A DNA stretch of 64,000 nt from the human T2T-CHM13v2.0 reference genome, Homo sapiens, in NCBI RefSeq assembly GCF_009914755.1, contig NC_060941.1. One strand, written 5' to 3'. Position 1 is the first letter of the stretch. Every line of letters starts with the position of its first letter. Positions 44,766 through 58,740 of this stretch are shown here, in pieces. The position numbers and the translations under genes are program-made. The notes beneath the pieces are model-generated. The model saw nothing but the letters and a program-made list of their open reading frames with translations. It searched no databases and was not told the DNA's origin.

Positions 44766-45179
44766 CAGCGACATCACTCCGAGTTGGTGACATCCTCCTG
44801 ACAGCTCCATCGCACCCATGCTGTAGGTGCGGCGGCCGAGGAACTCCCCTTTGGTAGGACGCAGAGCTGCACTCAGGCGGTTCCACGGTGACAGCCGGAG
44901 CAGGGAGCCAGAACCGCATTGTGTCCACGGGGGAGGGGCATCGAGCTTCTGAGTGCCAGCATTGTAATCAGGGGCTTGGGACACCGCTTGGGGTCCTTTA
45001 TTTGCCCCTCTGCCCTGCATCCCTTTGGAAACTGCAGAAGCCCACGGCTTTCTAGGTGTGCGTGTCCCTGGTGACCCGAGGTCGCTGCCCTGGTGGAGGG
45101 CAGCCTGGAAATGTGTGGGCACTTGGCTGCCTGTGGGACTGGGTCACCTGAGAATTCCCAGCACTCTAGAGAGGGGGCA

Positions 45180-45375
45180 GGGCATATCTCCGTCAGGCCC
45201 AGGGCCCATACAAATACTTTCATTTATTTTAAAAACAGAATAAACTTTTAGGTTAGGGAAAGTGTCTTAATATAGGATAGGAATATATTCATTTTTATAC
45301 CAATGCAGTCACAAACTATAATATTTCTTTATGGAGGAAGCGGATTGTGAAGGCACAAGTGCCCGGACCCCGTGA
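45180..45375 (-). mobile_element. hAT-Tip100-type MITE (ORSL-like)
   Basis: 'tttataccaatgcagtcacaaactataa...tatggaggaag...gaaggcacaagtgccc' resembles a recalled consensus. Confidence 0.5.
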
Positions 45376-48059
45376 CTCCCAACACAGCCTCTGAGAGCAC
45401 ATCCATCTCATAGGGGGGGCGCATCAGGGGTCCCAGCGGGTCTCCACCGAGCCCAGAGCCCTGGAAAGCACCGAGCCTCCCCGTAGGGGCTTAGCCCTCA
45501 TCACCACTCCGGACACAAAGAACTGAGCCTCTCCCACTGGTCCTAGAAGACTCTTCTCCTAGAAGAGTCCAAGAGGGGCTCAGAGAAAGGGACAGAGCAG
45601 CTGACTCCCTTTCTGGAGCCTGGACTAGCCTCATGAGGGGGATCCCACTTTAGTAACACATGAGTTAGACACAGGCATGCCCCAGACCATAACTTCCATC
45701 CCAAGAACAGGTAGAGGATATATTTAAATAATACGATTGAGAGCATTAAAAAATATCGCACTTGCCCAGGTGTCGGACTCGCTAGGACATAACCCGTGGC
45801 CGCCCTTTTGGGATTGTGTTCACAGACCCCAGGAAGCCAAGGACAGGGTTCGGATGGGTGGGCTGAGCCCGGGACAGAACCTCCCAGGTGCTGGGGCTGT
45901 GTGGGGGGCCCGGAAAAAGAAACCTCCTCTCGCTCTCCTGCTCTGCACTCTCCTGTCCCCCAGCCTCACCTGGGAGCCAGGCTGTGTCCCATGTTAATGC
46001 AGCTACTTCACACAATTACCCCAAGTTTCTCCAGTAGGGGCTAATGGATAACATTTGCTAATCACAGCACATTGATCTCAGCCTCGCCCCCGGAACCCTT
46101 TCCCCACTGAAAGGCTGGCAGGGAACATGGATCCTGCTCTCCACAGCCGCACAGTGGGTACAGGGGTGGGGAGTCTGGTCACCGGCACCTGCTATTTGCC
46201 TCTGCTCCAGCCCCAGGGCCCAGAGGCCCCGTCCAGGCTGCACAAGCTTCGGAAAGCGGGTAGGAGCCTGGGTTCCGTGTCCCAGCCCTGGGTCTGACTC
46301 TGGCCATGCCTCCTGGGGAGGGGGATTCTCAACTGGAGAAGCTGTCACAGGGGCGATGTCCATCCCAAGCCTGATGGACACGTTCCACCACCTCTGCCAC
46401 TCCCAGCCCCATCCTGGCACAGGAGGGCAACCGTCCCATGGCACGCGTCGGGGTGAGCCAGCCATGCGCTTGCTTATTTGTGGCTGCTCAGCTCCACGCA
46501 AATAAGGGTTTGCCTGTTTCACTCCCAGGGCTCAGGATGGGCCCGCACATTGTGGGGTCACTGCCAGAATTCCCGACTCCTTGCCTGCCCTGGGGACTCA
46601 GGTCTCGGGGATGACCTCCTACTTCCGAGAGCTCACAAAATCCTCCTATGAATGGAAAAGTCGAAGAAGGGGTGTGTTCTGATTCTACCCCGTTTTCGTT
46701 TTGTTTTAAGGTCCTCCCTCGTTCACCTAAGGGAGACACACACTTGTCTCCATCTTCACACCTTTCTCAATGTCCTGGATTTTCTACATTAAGCACGGAT
46801 GGCTGTTTTGGTCAAACACCACTATCATTTTAACCAGAGAGAATTACACCCCGGCCTTGAAAGAATGAACACGGGTGAGCAGGGACCTCGGAGACTCAGC
46901 CTCTCAGGGGCCGGCGTTCCAGGCGGGAAGCTGGCTCCAGGGCTACACTGCGCTTGTGCTGAGGGCCACACAGCTCAGCCCCCGCAAATCCCGGATGGAC
47001 TCATCTGCGCCCCCGAAGATGGCTTCCCTCACATCCAATTCCCGGTCCAGATCGGACTCCAGGGTGTTTCATGATTTCAGGCCCCCAAGATGCCATCCGG
47101 GTCCTCACATGTGACCTACAGTCCCCTCCCTCTAGTTACCCACCTAAGAAGCACAGAGCGGCTCTCAGGCCCGCACGAGTCTGCATGTGCGTCCTGCAGC
47201 TCCTCCTGCCGCGGCCTCTCCCGCACCCTCCTTGGTACAGCTTCTCCCTCCCTGTCCGCACATCCCCGGCTCTGCTGTTCTGCTTCTCTTCCAAATTCTT
47301 CCCCTCCATCCCTCTTTGAGTCCCTCTGTTAGTCACCTCCCACAGCCCCACTGCAGCCCCTTCCTCTCCTAGTCCATGACCGCATGGCCATCATCTCCAT
47401 CTTTCCCCCAACCCTCAGCATCTCTAACCCTCCCCGTCTGGCTCCCCCACCTAACAAATCTCCACAATCCCCCCCTTGCCACCCCTCCCCCAGGCTGCCA
47501 AGCCCATCTCCAGCACACGGGGCAGATCTTACAGCAGAAGGATTTAATTGCATGTCAAAATTAAATCTCTTTTGATGAAGAACAATTCAACTACGGCTCT
47601 GCCTAATCAAATTAACAAAGTCTTTTTTAATTTTCAATTATCTTCTTCACAGGAACACTTTATCCAAGGCTCTTGTGAAGGTGGCCGACAGGCTGTGCAT
47701 TCACAATGAAGGGCCCTAGCCTGGACCTGCTGACCGTGGCCCTGGCTGTCAGCGCCCCTGGCCTGGGAGAGGGCTGCACAACCCCTGGGGTCTGCCCAGA
47801 GCCTCCTTGGCCTCTTGGAAGCCTTTCCTAGATGCTGAGCCAGAGAGCAGGGACCGTTTACTGCAGCATTTGTCCTTTGGAAATGGGAGAAAAATGGGTG
47901 AGGGGCAGGCACTCAGGAGAAGGGGCTGGAAATCGTGGGGCACCAGCTTTGCACTGAGAACCAAGCTGAGCATTTTGGATGCATTTGGTGAGCAATGGAT
48001 CCACAGTGGCCCTCAACAGAACAGGAGCCTGGGTTCTACCTGCGTGCTCTGGTGCCCTG

Positions 48060-48113
48060 CCACCACACTTTCTAAACACCTCCAGCCTCCACCACACTTT
48101 CTAAACACCTCCA
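48060..48113. repeat. 25-bp perfect direct repeat, period 29
   Basis: ccaccacactttctaaacacctcca twice. Confidence 0.95.
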
Positions 48114-48181
48114 CGAGCACTTCCGTATTTGGACGTCGCTCCACGAGGCACCTGTGTCGGCAGACATTGCTGCCCCAAGAC

Positions 48182-48791
<610 letters not shown>

Positions 48792-50308
48792 TCCTGGGCC
48801 ACAGACGTGTTAGGGCCGGTCAGGCAGGGCATCTTCTGGTGTCCATGTTCCCCTCAACCCACACACCGGGCCTGGCATCCAGCTGTGCGGAACAGGCACT
48901 TGGTGTGTGAATAAACTGACCACCTTGTACGACTTCGATCTGTTATTGAGGTAGGGGCAGAGTTGGGGGCAGGACTCTCCTGCTAGGGGAATCGCCCCTC
49001 TTTTCCCATTTTCTGAACTCTGAGGGCCCCTCAGCAGCCAGCAGTCTCCCAGGCAGGCCTCAGCGCCTTCCTTTCCCATCTCCAAATGTTGCAGCTCCCT
49101 CCCTGGACTCGAGAGTCCCAGGAGGAGGTTATTTGGAAACGCAGACAGAAGGGAACCAGCCTCTCAGCGGGGCCCAGGGGTGCACTGAGGAAATAAAACC
49201 GAAACCCGGTGTCACCATCATCACAAAACATATTTGACAAAACGTCTCCAAGGACAGCTCAGTGCTCCATGCACTCCGATACCCTTCCAACAGCAGCCGC
49301 CAACAGAGCCCCCCAGGGCATGGCAGAAAAGGTCCAGAAAGACTAAACTCACACACTGCGGGACCCACAGAATAGGAGACCGTGCTGGGCTTCAGATCTC
49401 ACCCTGGGGTGGCCTAGCCATACCCAGCCACCCAGACTCAGTTTCTCTGGGGCTCTTGTGCCACCACCCAACGGGAGACGATGGTCACATTCACTGAAGC
49501 AAGCTTTGGGCACCAGGCACTCGTTCATCTGCTGTCCATGGAAACCAGTTGTCAGGACAGCAGCATCCACTGCCCAGGCTTCCACTGCATCCCTGCAGGG
49601 ATGGGGGGCTCTAGACCACTCCAGGTTGGGGGCTAAGCCTTCCTTGTGTCCCACCAACTGCGTTACCAAACAGCCTGTATCTTGTCATGACAGTGGCAAA
49701 AAGTGTACTTTCCCAAGAGCAGCCTGTGTTGGGCGGCACGTGGTTACTCCTCAGGGGGTTCTTGGGCAAACCTGTTTCCCATGTCCTCTAGGGCAGGAGC
49801 CAGAAAGGCTGACACGGGCAGGCGGGGCCCCTGTGAACTGGTTCCACATGTGCTTGCTGGGGAAGCCAACCCTTGCGGTCATGGGCAACCCTTTCTTTGA
49901 ACCAAAGACCTGACCAGATTGGCCACAACCACACTCACGCGCATTTCCAAGGCTTCAGTGCCAGCATCCTCGCAAACAGCTTCTGAATGCCATTCACCCA
50001 ATGTGGTCCTGGGCAGCGCCCTCTTGCCTATCGCCTCCCAGGCTCCTTGCAGCCTGATGCAAAAGGAACAGGGCTCCTGCCATCCTGGCGTCCATGCTTT
50101 GGGTGCTTGCTGGTGGATGCCATCAGGGGAGCCTGAATGGGGCATTTCCAGAACCTTGCTGACCTCTTAATGAGGTTTAGGGTGGGGAGGCCAGGGTGAC
50201 TAACTTGAATGGCTGGTTTAAATTTTCTTAACGATGGGCTTTAGCTATTAGGACCACATTTTCTGGGGCTGTGTGGGCACATTTCCAAATCAATCAATCT
50301 CTGCCTCT

Positions 50309-50311
<3 letters not shown>

Positions 50312-50347
<36 letters not shown>
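50312..50347. repeat. (AC)18 microsatellite
   Basis: Counted directly. Confidence 0.97.
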
Positions 50348-50350
<3 letters not shown>

Positions 50351-52916
50351 GTGTAGAATCAATACCGCAGCCTTCACCAGAGCCCTGGGGTCCAGTATCT
50401 GATTATTGTCCTCTTGAGATCACAGCACAGAAGAGGATGGGAAAAGGGGTGTATCCATAGACCAGGGACAATATCACATCACACAGCCTGCCTGGGGGCT
50501 TCCAGCCACCCCTCGCCTCCTTCACCCAGGTTGTCCGGCCTCTCCCCAGGACAGGCTGTTGTCTAGAGGGTCTAACACGGCTGGCCACGTGACCACTGCC
50601 TCCCCAAGCGGCCCAAGAAGGTGCAAAGGCACCCTCCACCACCCCACGGCCGCGGCGGTGCACCAGTAAAAGTAGTTAACTGTATCTACCCTTCAGCACA
50701 GAGACTTGTTTGATCAAAGATTTAGTCACTTTTTCTCCCCTTCCAGCACAAAATCTTGGGCTTTCTTGACAGAGAATTAATTGCTGCTGATTAAATTTCA
50801 TTGCTGAAGGAACACGCATCCCTGGAGGAGTCCCCCCCCGATGGCTGCCTCCTGCCCCAACGTGTGGAAAGTGCCCCTTACAGAGTCAGAGCATGGGACA
50901 CCTGAGGGGTTCCTAGGGACTTTCTGTGGGTGCAAGGTCAGGAAAGTACTAGAACATGTGGTGGGAATCATGATGGTTAATGCCCAGAGCTTGGTGGGTG
51001 AGGATCAGGGGCACCCCCTGGATGACTGTAGGGCCTGGGGAGCTCAGTGTCCCCTGCCCCTCCATCCTGGCACACAACACCCGGGAGATGCTGCTGGAAG
51101 AGCAGAAAGAGGCCTCCCTGGCCAACACTGGGTCCTGGCATTCCCTGCCTCTTATTTCAGAGGTGTAGTGGCCCCCGGGACCCCCATATGTGGCAAGGAA
51201 TGTCAGAGGGGGGGGCAATCAGGGTATGTGGGGGAAGGCAAGATTCAGGGTTTGGACCCAAAGCCAGACACGGGGCTAGAAGCCAGGCTTTCAAAGGTCA
51301 GACTGGACTCTGGAGGCAAAGCGGGACTCGTGTGAGTTCTCGCAGCCGCCACATGCCCACAGCAAGGAGAGGACACCTACAGCGGGCTCAGGGCGAGGGC
51401 TGTGGCCAGGTCAGGCAGGTCCAGGCAGGGGAGCTGCACTTTCTGGGGATGTCGGAAAACAAAGAGGGTTTCTGAGCCTCCAGGACTCACTCTGGGGACC
51501 CCGGTAAGGGGAGCGAGGAAGGTAATGAATCTCCCAGGAGGCCGCACTGCCAGGCACTCTCTGTAGGTCTGTTCAGAGGGAGCTCTTAGAGGCTGTGGGG
51601 GAGAAGTCCACCCACAGGACATCTGGCCACGCCCTCCCTGTCTATGCCTAACAGACTTACTTGCTTGTAAGGGGCTGGTCCACCTCCCTGGGAGTACATT
51701 TCCTGGCCCAAGAGTGTTCTTGCAGGGTGACTGCACAGGGGGTTTAAGCAGGCTGGACTCTGGAGAACCGTCTGCCCTCAAAATGCCCCTCTCTGTGGTA
51801 TCTGCAAAGCCAGCTTCCAAACCCATGCAAGAGAGATGCACCAAGAATCAAGGGGCCGGAGCCCTGCCAGCACCCTCCTCAGGCCCACCCAGGCCTGCGC
51901 ATCTGGGGACCAAGGCGGTCAATACAGTTGATGCCTCGGGAAGTCCACAGACGGCCAGGGGTGAGGCCCAAGCAGGCTGCAGCCTCATACACCAGCGCTG
52001 ACCCAGCTGGCGGGCCAGTCACCTGCCGTGGAGGAGGAGCTGCTGGCAGGCTGGCTCCCACCCACACCGGCCCCTGAACACAGCACATCTAAATACTGGC
52101 TAGCAGTTGTTGGCCAAGAGTCCAGCGGCAAAACGCATCTTCCGGGGGATGTTTCAGTGGGGAGGGAGACCTTCCAAACTTCGGCAGCTACACGCCGGCT
52201 GCTGCCCACCCAAATTCTCCCAGCATTATCTGGGGAGAGGCCCAGAAGGTCCCTGGAGCCTCATCAGATTGCCCTTCCAGGGCCTGGTTCAGAGGCAGGG
52301 CTTTGTGGTGGGACCAACATTTCCCGGCCCCTGCCAGGCCCTTGCAAACCCCTCGGGTCCCAGGAATGCCCTGGCTCTTGGGCCCACCTGCCACAAACAT
52401 CAGCAGCTTGTCCCAAAACACCTAACGTGCATGGGAAATAACTGGGAAGGGCAGAGACGGGAAGGGGAGGACAGAGCCTGGGAAGAGAGCTCTCCAGGGT
52501 CCCACAACAAGGCAGAAAGAAGCCCTTGGCAGCTCAAACCAGAGCACCCAGCAGGGCGGGGAGGCTGCAAGGGAAACACCAGGCCCCATGTCCACTACCA
52601 GCCATGGGAAGTCAGGCAAGACCCACAAAGGTCACTGAAGGAAGAGCTTCAACTTTGCCAAGAAGCTCATGGAGGAGCCTGAAACCATCATCCATCGAGG
52701 GTGCAGGATGCAGGACAATCAGCGAGCCCCCAAGAACACAGGTGTCCTGTCCTGCCAGGCAGGAGGGGCTGTGCCTGTTCCTGGCCACAGTGATCAGAGC
52801 TGCTGGCTGAGCCTGGTCCCCCATGCCCATCTGAGAACTCTCAGTGAGTCACAAAGACAGAGGTTCGCTCTCAAATACCACGTGTGCTGCTCCCTCATTC
52901 TGTGAGCCCTCTGGGT

Positions 52917-53700
52917 GGGTTCTATCACCCCCGTTACAGACAGGGGCTCCAGTACCTCCTGTGACAGACGGGCTCCATCAGCTCCCATAACAGAAGGAGG
53001 CTCTATCACCTCCTATTACAGATGGGGGCTCCATCACTCTCCATTACAGAAGGAGCTCCATTACTTCCTGTAACAGATGGGGTTCCAACACCTCCCATTA
53101 CAGAAAGAGGCTCCATCACCCTCCATTGCAGACAGGAGCTCCATCACCTCCTGTAACAGATGGGGGTTCCATCACCTCCCATTAGAGAGAGAGGCTCCAT
53201 CACCCTCCATTGCGGACAGGAGCTCCATCACCTCCCACACCAGATGGGGGCTCCATCACTCTCCATTACAGAAGGAGCTCCATTACTTCCTATAACAGAT
53301 GGGGTTCCAACACCTCCCATTACAGAAAGAGGCTCCATCACCCTCCATTGCAGACAGGAACCTCCTACACCAGACGGGGGCTCCATCACCTCCCATTACA
53401 GAAAGAGGCTCCATCATCCTCCATTGCAGACATGAGCTCCATCACCTCCTGTAACAGATGGGGGTTCCAACACCTCCCATTAGAGAAAGAGGCTCCATCA
53501 CCCTCCATTGCAGACAGGAACCTCCCACACCAGACGGGGGCTCCATCACCTCCCACAGCAGACAGGGGCTCCATCACCTCCCATGACAGAAGGAGGCTCC
53601 ATCACCTCCCATCATAGATGAAGGCTCCACGATTTCCCGTTATAGGTGAGGGCTCCATCACCTCCTGTAAAAGGTGGGGCTCCATCACTACTTTACACAT
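52917..53700. repeat. VNTR, ~28-bp unit (ggctccatcacctcccattacagaNNNN), ~27-28 copies
   Basis: ctccatca at 53111 and 53139 (period 28), recurring throughout. Confidence 0.97.
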
Positions 53701-53795
53701 AGGGAAACTCAATAAGAGCCAGAAAGTTACTAGTCCAAAGTCGACAGCTAGTGAGTGGCAGGGCTGGAATCCAAGCTGGGGTCCAAAGCCAGAGC
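53690..53795 (-). mobile_element. MIR half flanking the VNTR
   Basis: 'tttacacatagggaaactc...gtccaaagtcgacagctagtgagtggcagggctggaatccaa'. Confidence 0.8.
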
Positions 53796-55114
53796 CCTCA
53801 TACTATCACCATGATGTCAGTGAGTGACAGAGGAAGGAGCCCCCAAGTGTTCTGTTCTCCACCAGGTCCCACAGAGCCAGACACCTTCCCCAGAGTCAGT
53901 GTGAGCTCCCGGCCAACAACCACGGGCACCTTTCCCCAAGGAGTTCCTTCCCCACCCGACATCTTGGCCCCGCTGTTCCCTGCAGCCCTTGGGGTCCAGC
54001 CCCTCCAGGCTACCCGGCCCCACCCCCTACTCCAAGCAGGACCACATTTCTGACTAGCCTGCTAAGAAGGCTAAGTTCTCATGTCTCTACCCACCCCGCC
54101 TAGTGGCAGAAGGCCATCCCTAGCAGCCATGTCCGTGTGTGATGTGGCAGGACCCCATATTTTGACATTTGCTGTCTACTTGGGAAGACAGGTCTACTTA
54201 TGAAGGAGAAAAATGGAACTCAGAATTGGAAGGTAGATACCTGGAAGGCAGAAACTCTGCTCTTGCAGAATTCTTTTTCACTATTTTTTACATGATTTTC
54301 CCCACCCCATTCACAGGCCAGTACCTCTAGTACTGAACAGGGACAGGAAAGCAGGACCCAGGGGTTTGAGAGGTCCCCAGGGCTCCCTGGGGTCCCTCTT
54401 GAGTTCTAGAAGAGTCTTTACTGAGTCCTACTGTCCAAGCATGGGGTCTGGCCACACTCATGCTTACACACAGCATTTCCACTGCGTGACTTCAGTAATT
54501 TGTTTCTACAGTAAAAACTGATCTGATACAGCCTAGTAAAGGGTTTTGTGTATCTGAGTGTGCTTTTCATCACAAAAAAACCCCAGCATCCTTAAAGGTT
54601 AAGAAAAATCGGTCCTATTATTCTAACAACTCACAGGCGTGAGTCAAAACATGAAGGCAAACACACTCTGGGGAACACTCATCAGAGACCCTGAAAACAA
54701 GTCCCAGGTCTTTTAAAAGCAACCTCAGCTTTCCGGCAGGGCCTGATCTAGGGATAAATACTGCCAGGGCCCACAGGGTCCCACCGTCTTCACTGGAAGA
54801 TGGCTGGTACCGCCCGCATGGGCTGGATGAGAAAGCTGAGGCCAGAGAGGACAGGCTTCTCCCCCAAGCCAAATACAAATGAGGGGCCATGAGCTCTGCC
54901 TCACTGTGGTTCTCACCACTGCCTATGTGCCATGTTGTTGGACTGGGGGCCCCCAGGCTGGGTGCAGTGGGGCCACTTCTTTCACTGGGAGCAGGAGGAA
55001 GATTCTTCTTGCCTCCTGAAAACCCATAACCACACTGCAGGGGGCCTGGGCACTTGGAGTTCAAGGGAAGAGCCCACTCCTTCCCAACCCATACCCCAAG
55101 AGCAGGACCAGACT

Positions 55115-55440
55115 AACGTGTGCATGGGTATGTGTGCACTGTACAGTGTGTGTGCACATGTGCAAGAGTGTGTGATTGTGTGTACGAGTGTGCATACATG
55201 CGTGTGCATGTGTACATGTGTGCATGTACATGCATGTGTGAACGTGTACCTGTGTGTGCATGTGTGAATGTGTACGTGTGTGTGTGTGTGCATGCAAGTG
55301 GATATGAACTTGTGTGCATGTACATGTGTGCACTGTGCAGTGTGTGTGCCTACGTGTGCATGTGTGTGCATGTGGACATGTATATGTGCATGTGTGGTTG
55401 TGCATACAAATGTGTGTGCATGTGTGTGTGCATGTGTGTT
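55115..55440. repeat. (TG)/(TGCA)-rich low-complexity tract
   Basis: Alternating purine-pyrimidine over ~320 bp. Confidence 0.92.
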
Positions 55441-55928
55441 AGCAGCTCTCTGACCACACAGACTGGGCCATAACTACGCAGCCCCCATGTGCTCCATGGG
55501 CTGTGACTGGGGTGGGGGCTCTATCACAGAAGAGTCATGCCCAGGCCAGAAGAGCTTGAGAGAACAAGGAGTTGGGCCCTTCCAGGGCCTCAAAAGCACC
55601 CAGGCATGACCACGGCTGAACGAGGATGCAGAGCCAGTGCAAGATCCTGTTTTAGGGAGCTTTGTCAAGGGTTACTCATCTCCCCACGCATGGAGCCTGT
55701 TCCCTACTTCTTCCAACACACATGGAATCGTTTTCAGCTGTGTCCAGATGCCTTCCCACCTGCATGCGCCTTACTTAGTCACCAAAGGCAGGCATTTTTA
55801 AAAGAGAAGATTTTTAATAAATCTCTAATCTCTTTTAAAAACAGGGGATTTAAGCTGGCTCTGAGCGCCCCTGCTCCAGGAAGCTCACTGCACAGCTGCG
55901 GGCTGGATCTCGTTCCCACCCGCAGCAG

Positions 55929-55947
55929 CACTACCCTCTAGTGGCCA
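55929..55947 (-). promoter_or_regulatory. Candidate CTCF motif
   Basis: Reverse complement TGGCCACTAGAGGGTAGTG. Confidence 0.5.
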
Positions 55948-56675
55948 CGGAGGATGTCCACGTCCCGGCCAGGGTTCCCGGCAAGGACACAGGTGGCAGC
56001 TCCTCAGCAGCCGCCTCCAGCCACCCCTCCTGCACATGCCCCGGTGCTGCCGGAGCCTCTCGCCAAGCATCACTCACACAGGTGGCCACCACAGCCCCAC
56101 TGATAATTCATCTTGCCCGCTAACCACTTATCTCTGAGCTGTGCTCACCGATCACCATCCTCTCCCAGCGGCAGGGAACAGATTCCCTTAACTCCTCCCA
56201 GCCGCCAAGCCCTCCAATCCTTTAGAACTGGGGCCTTGCCTCTCAGCTTCCTTCGCCTCCTGCAATAAGCATTTCAGAGGGAGACGTGGCCCCACCAATG
56301 GCCTTTTCTCTACATCCTTCCTCCACACTGACCATGAATGAGAACAGAGACGGAGGGACGAAGCGGTGGGCGCGGGGGGGCGGTGTGGCAAGCACCGCGT
56401 CACAGGGGAGGAAACTCACTTTTGAAGTTTGGGGTCCCCTTCCTCTCTCCCTCGCTGCTCTTCCAGGAGAGCACTAACCACCAAACCTCGGGTCACTCAC
56501 CCCTTTGGTGTGCAACGAGAGTTGGTGGTTATGTGACATATGGAGGACTGGGGGTAGAAACACAAAGGTCTGGGGACCCCTAGAATGAGATGCCCAAATA
56601 AACAGTAGCTGGGTATTCTCTGGAGCACTCCTGCCCCTGGGAGGCCCCCTTTCTGGACTTTTGACTTCTCCCCGT

Positions 56676-56845
56676 CAGTAATGCTGCAGCTGGTTCGTAC
56701 TTTTCAGGAACTCTACAAGCCAGCTGACAGCAGCTGACAGCCCTTGAGGGGGTATTTACAGCAGGGGAATTGACAAATGCTACACATCAACCTGCTTTAG
56801 TTCCTTTGGAAGAGCCTATTGTTAAACACTGAGTCCCCCACCCTG
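56676..56845 (+). mobile_element. MER63A-like hAT-Blackjack element
   Basis: 'gggtatttacagcaggggaattgacaaatgctacacatca...gagcctattgttaaaca'. Confidence 0.75.
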
Positions 56846-56899
56846 CCTCGGCCTCAGTGGGTCTCCACTCAGGTAAGGGCAGCCTTACCGACACATGAC

Positions 56900-57040
56900 A
56901 CATGAGCATGCTGGGCCGGTTTCCAGACTGCCTGACTCCAGAGATCTGGGGTGGGACAGACGACATGCCTTTCTTGTACGTTCCTGGGGAATGCCAGTAC
57001 TTCCAGGCTGGGGACCGTACTTGGGGAACCAGTGCTCAGT
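56900..57040. mobile_element. MER5-like MITE
   Basis: 'tctggggtgggac...ggaccgtacttggggaaccagtgc'. Confidence 0.5.
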
Positions 57041-57213
57041 GGTTCATCAGCACGAATTAATTTATACAAAGGCACAAAAGACAACAGTTTAGAATGAGAG
57101 GAGACTGAGGGGGCCAGGGCCATGCTCAGATACTGCAGGGCTGGAGACTAGCGTTTTCTGTTTCCAAAGCAGAGAGGGTTTCAGCTGAGAAGGAGGCCTT
57201 GGAGCAACCAGAG

Positions 57214-57349
57214 CCAGGTCTCCGCAGCCTCCAGGTCTCTGTAGCCTCCGGGTCTCCGCAGCCTCCAGGTCTCCGTAGCCTCCAGGTCTCCGCAGCCGCC
57301 GGGTCTCCGCAGCCTCCGGGTCTCCGCAGCCTCCGGGTCTCCGTAGCCA
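57214..57349. repeat. 17-bp minisatellite x8 (ccRggtctcYgYagcct)
   Basis: Eight in-phase copies counted. Confidence 0.97.
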
Positions 57350-57565
57350 GCCACCCGGCCGAGGGGCTGGGTCCACAGAGGAGGACCAGCAGCAGTGAAG
57401 GGCAAGTCCACAGAGTTCTGAGGTGTCCAACCTCCGGGACGCTGCACTGACTTTCAAGTGCCCAGAGGTCCTCCTAGAATAACACATCCCTCCGCCCCAT
57501 CATCCTGCAATCCTTTAGCTGGCAGACACCAGCATCCCGGGGGGACTTCTTAGACTCCACTCTGA

Positions 57566-57978
<413 letters not shown>

Positions 57979-58339
57979 CGCATGGCCCATTCAAAGTTTG
58001 CCAGAGGCGAGTTCAGGGTGGGGATCCTGGCAGTGGGAAACTGGAGGAGCGCATGGAGCATCTGAGAGTTGAGGCAGCGGAACCCCTCACCAGGAGGCAC
58101 CTTCCTGCCCAGACACCTCGGGATGAGCCCCTGGTGGGACTGCTCGGGTGCCGGCAGGGAGTTCCTGGACCCACCCAAAGCCAGCTCTGCTTCTCCCTTC
58201 TCTCTTCCCGCTTTCTTCTCCACAGCCCCCTGATTCCCACAGATCCTTCCCTGGAAGGCTTTCTCGCTGTCTCTTCAAAGTCTCTCTTCTACCCACTGCC
58301 ATGGGAGCCTTCGCACCTCGGGTCTGGTGGCCTGTAACC

Positions 58340-58540
58340 CCTGCCAGCCAGGCTCCCTGATACCAGCCTCTCTTTTTCCAGACAGTCTGATTAACTTTTC
58401 TAAAACCTCACTACCACTGTATCAAACTCCAGCTTCTCTTCAACCGTCAGCGACTTCCCCACTGCTTGCAGGATGAAATCCAAATTCCTTAGCGCAACCC
58501 CCAAGCTGGGGTCTCAGCTCCAGCACCTCTCACCTGACCC
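58340..58540 (+). mobile_element. L2 fragment
   Basis: 'cttccccactgcttgcaggatgaaatccaaattccttagc'. Confidence 0.65.
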
Positions 58541-58584
58541 TCAATGACCAGCTGTCTCAGGGGGAGAAAAAGGGAGGATTTAAA

Positions 58585-58740
58585 CCCAGCACACCTGGGT
58601 TCAAGCTTCAGCTCTCCTTCCCACGATTGGTGAACACTCGGGCAGGTTACCTAACTTCTCTGAGCCTCAGTCTCCTCTGCTTAATAATGGGTGGTATCAT
58701 AACATCTTCCTGAATTATTATCTAAAATGTCAAGTTCATG
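58585..58740 (+). mobile_element. MIR SINE
   Basis: 'gggcaggttacctaacttctctgagcctcagtctcct'. Confidence 0.8.

Noticed and set aside
44406-45122. Longest ORF (238 aa)
   Set aside because: C/V-rich half comes from a TG low-complexity tract; no domain recognised
54330-54620. Possible hAT-Charlie MITE
   Set aside because: Could not match it to a specific consensus with confidence
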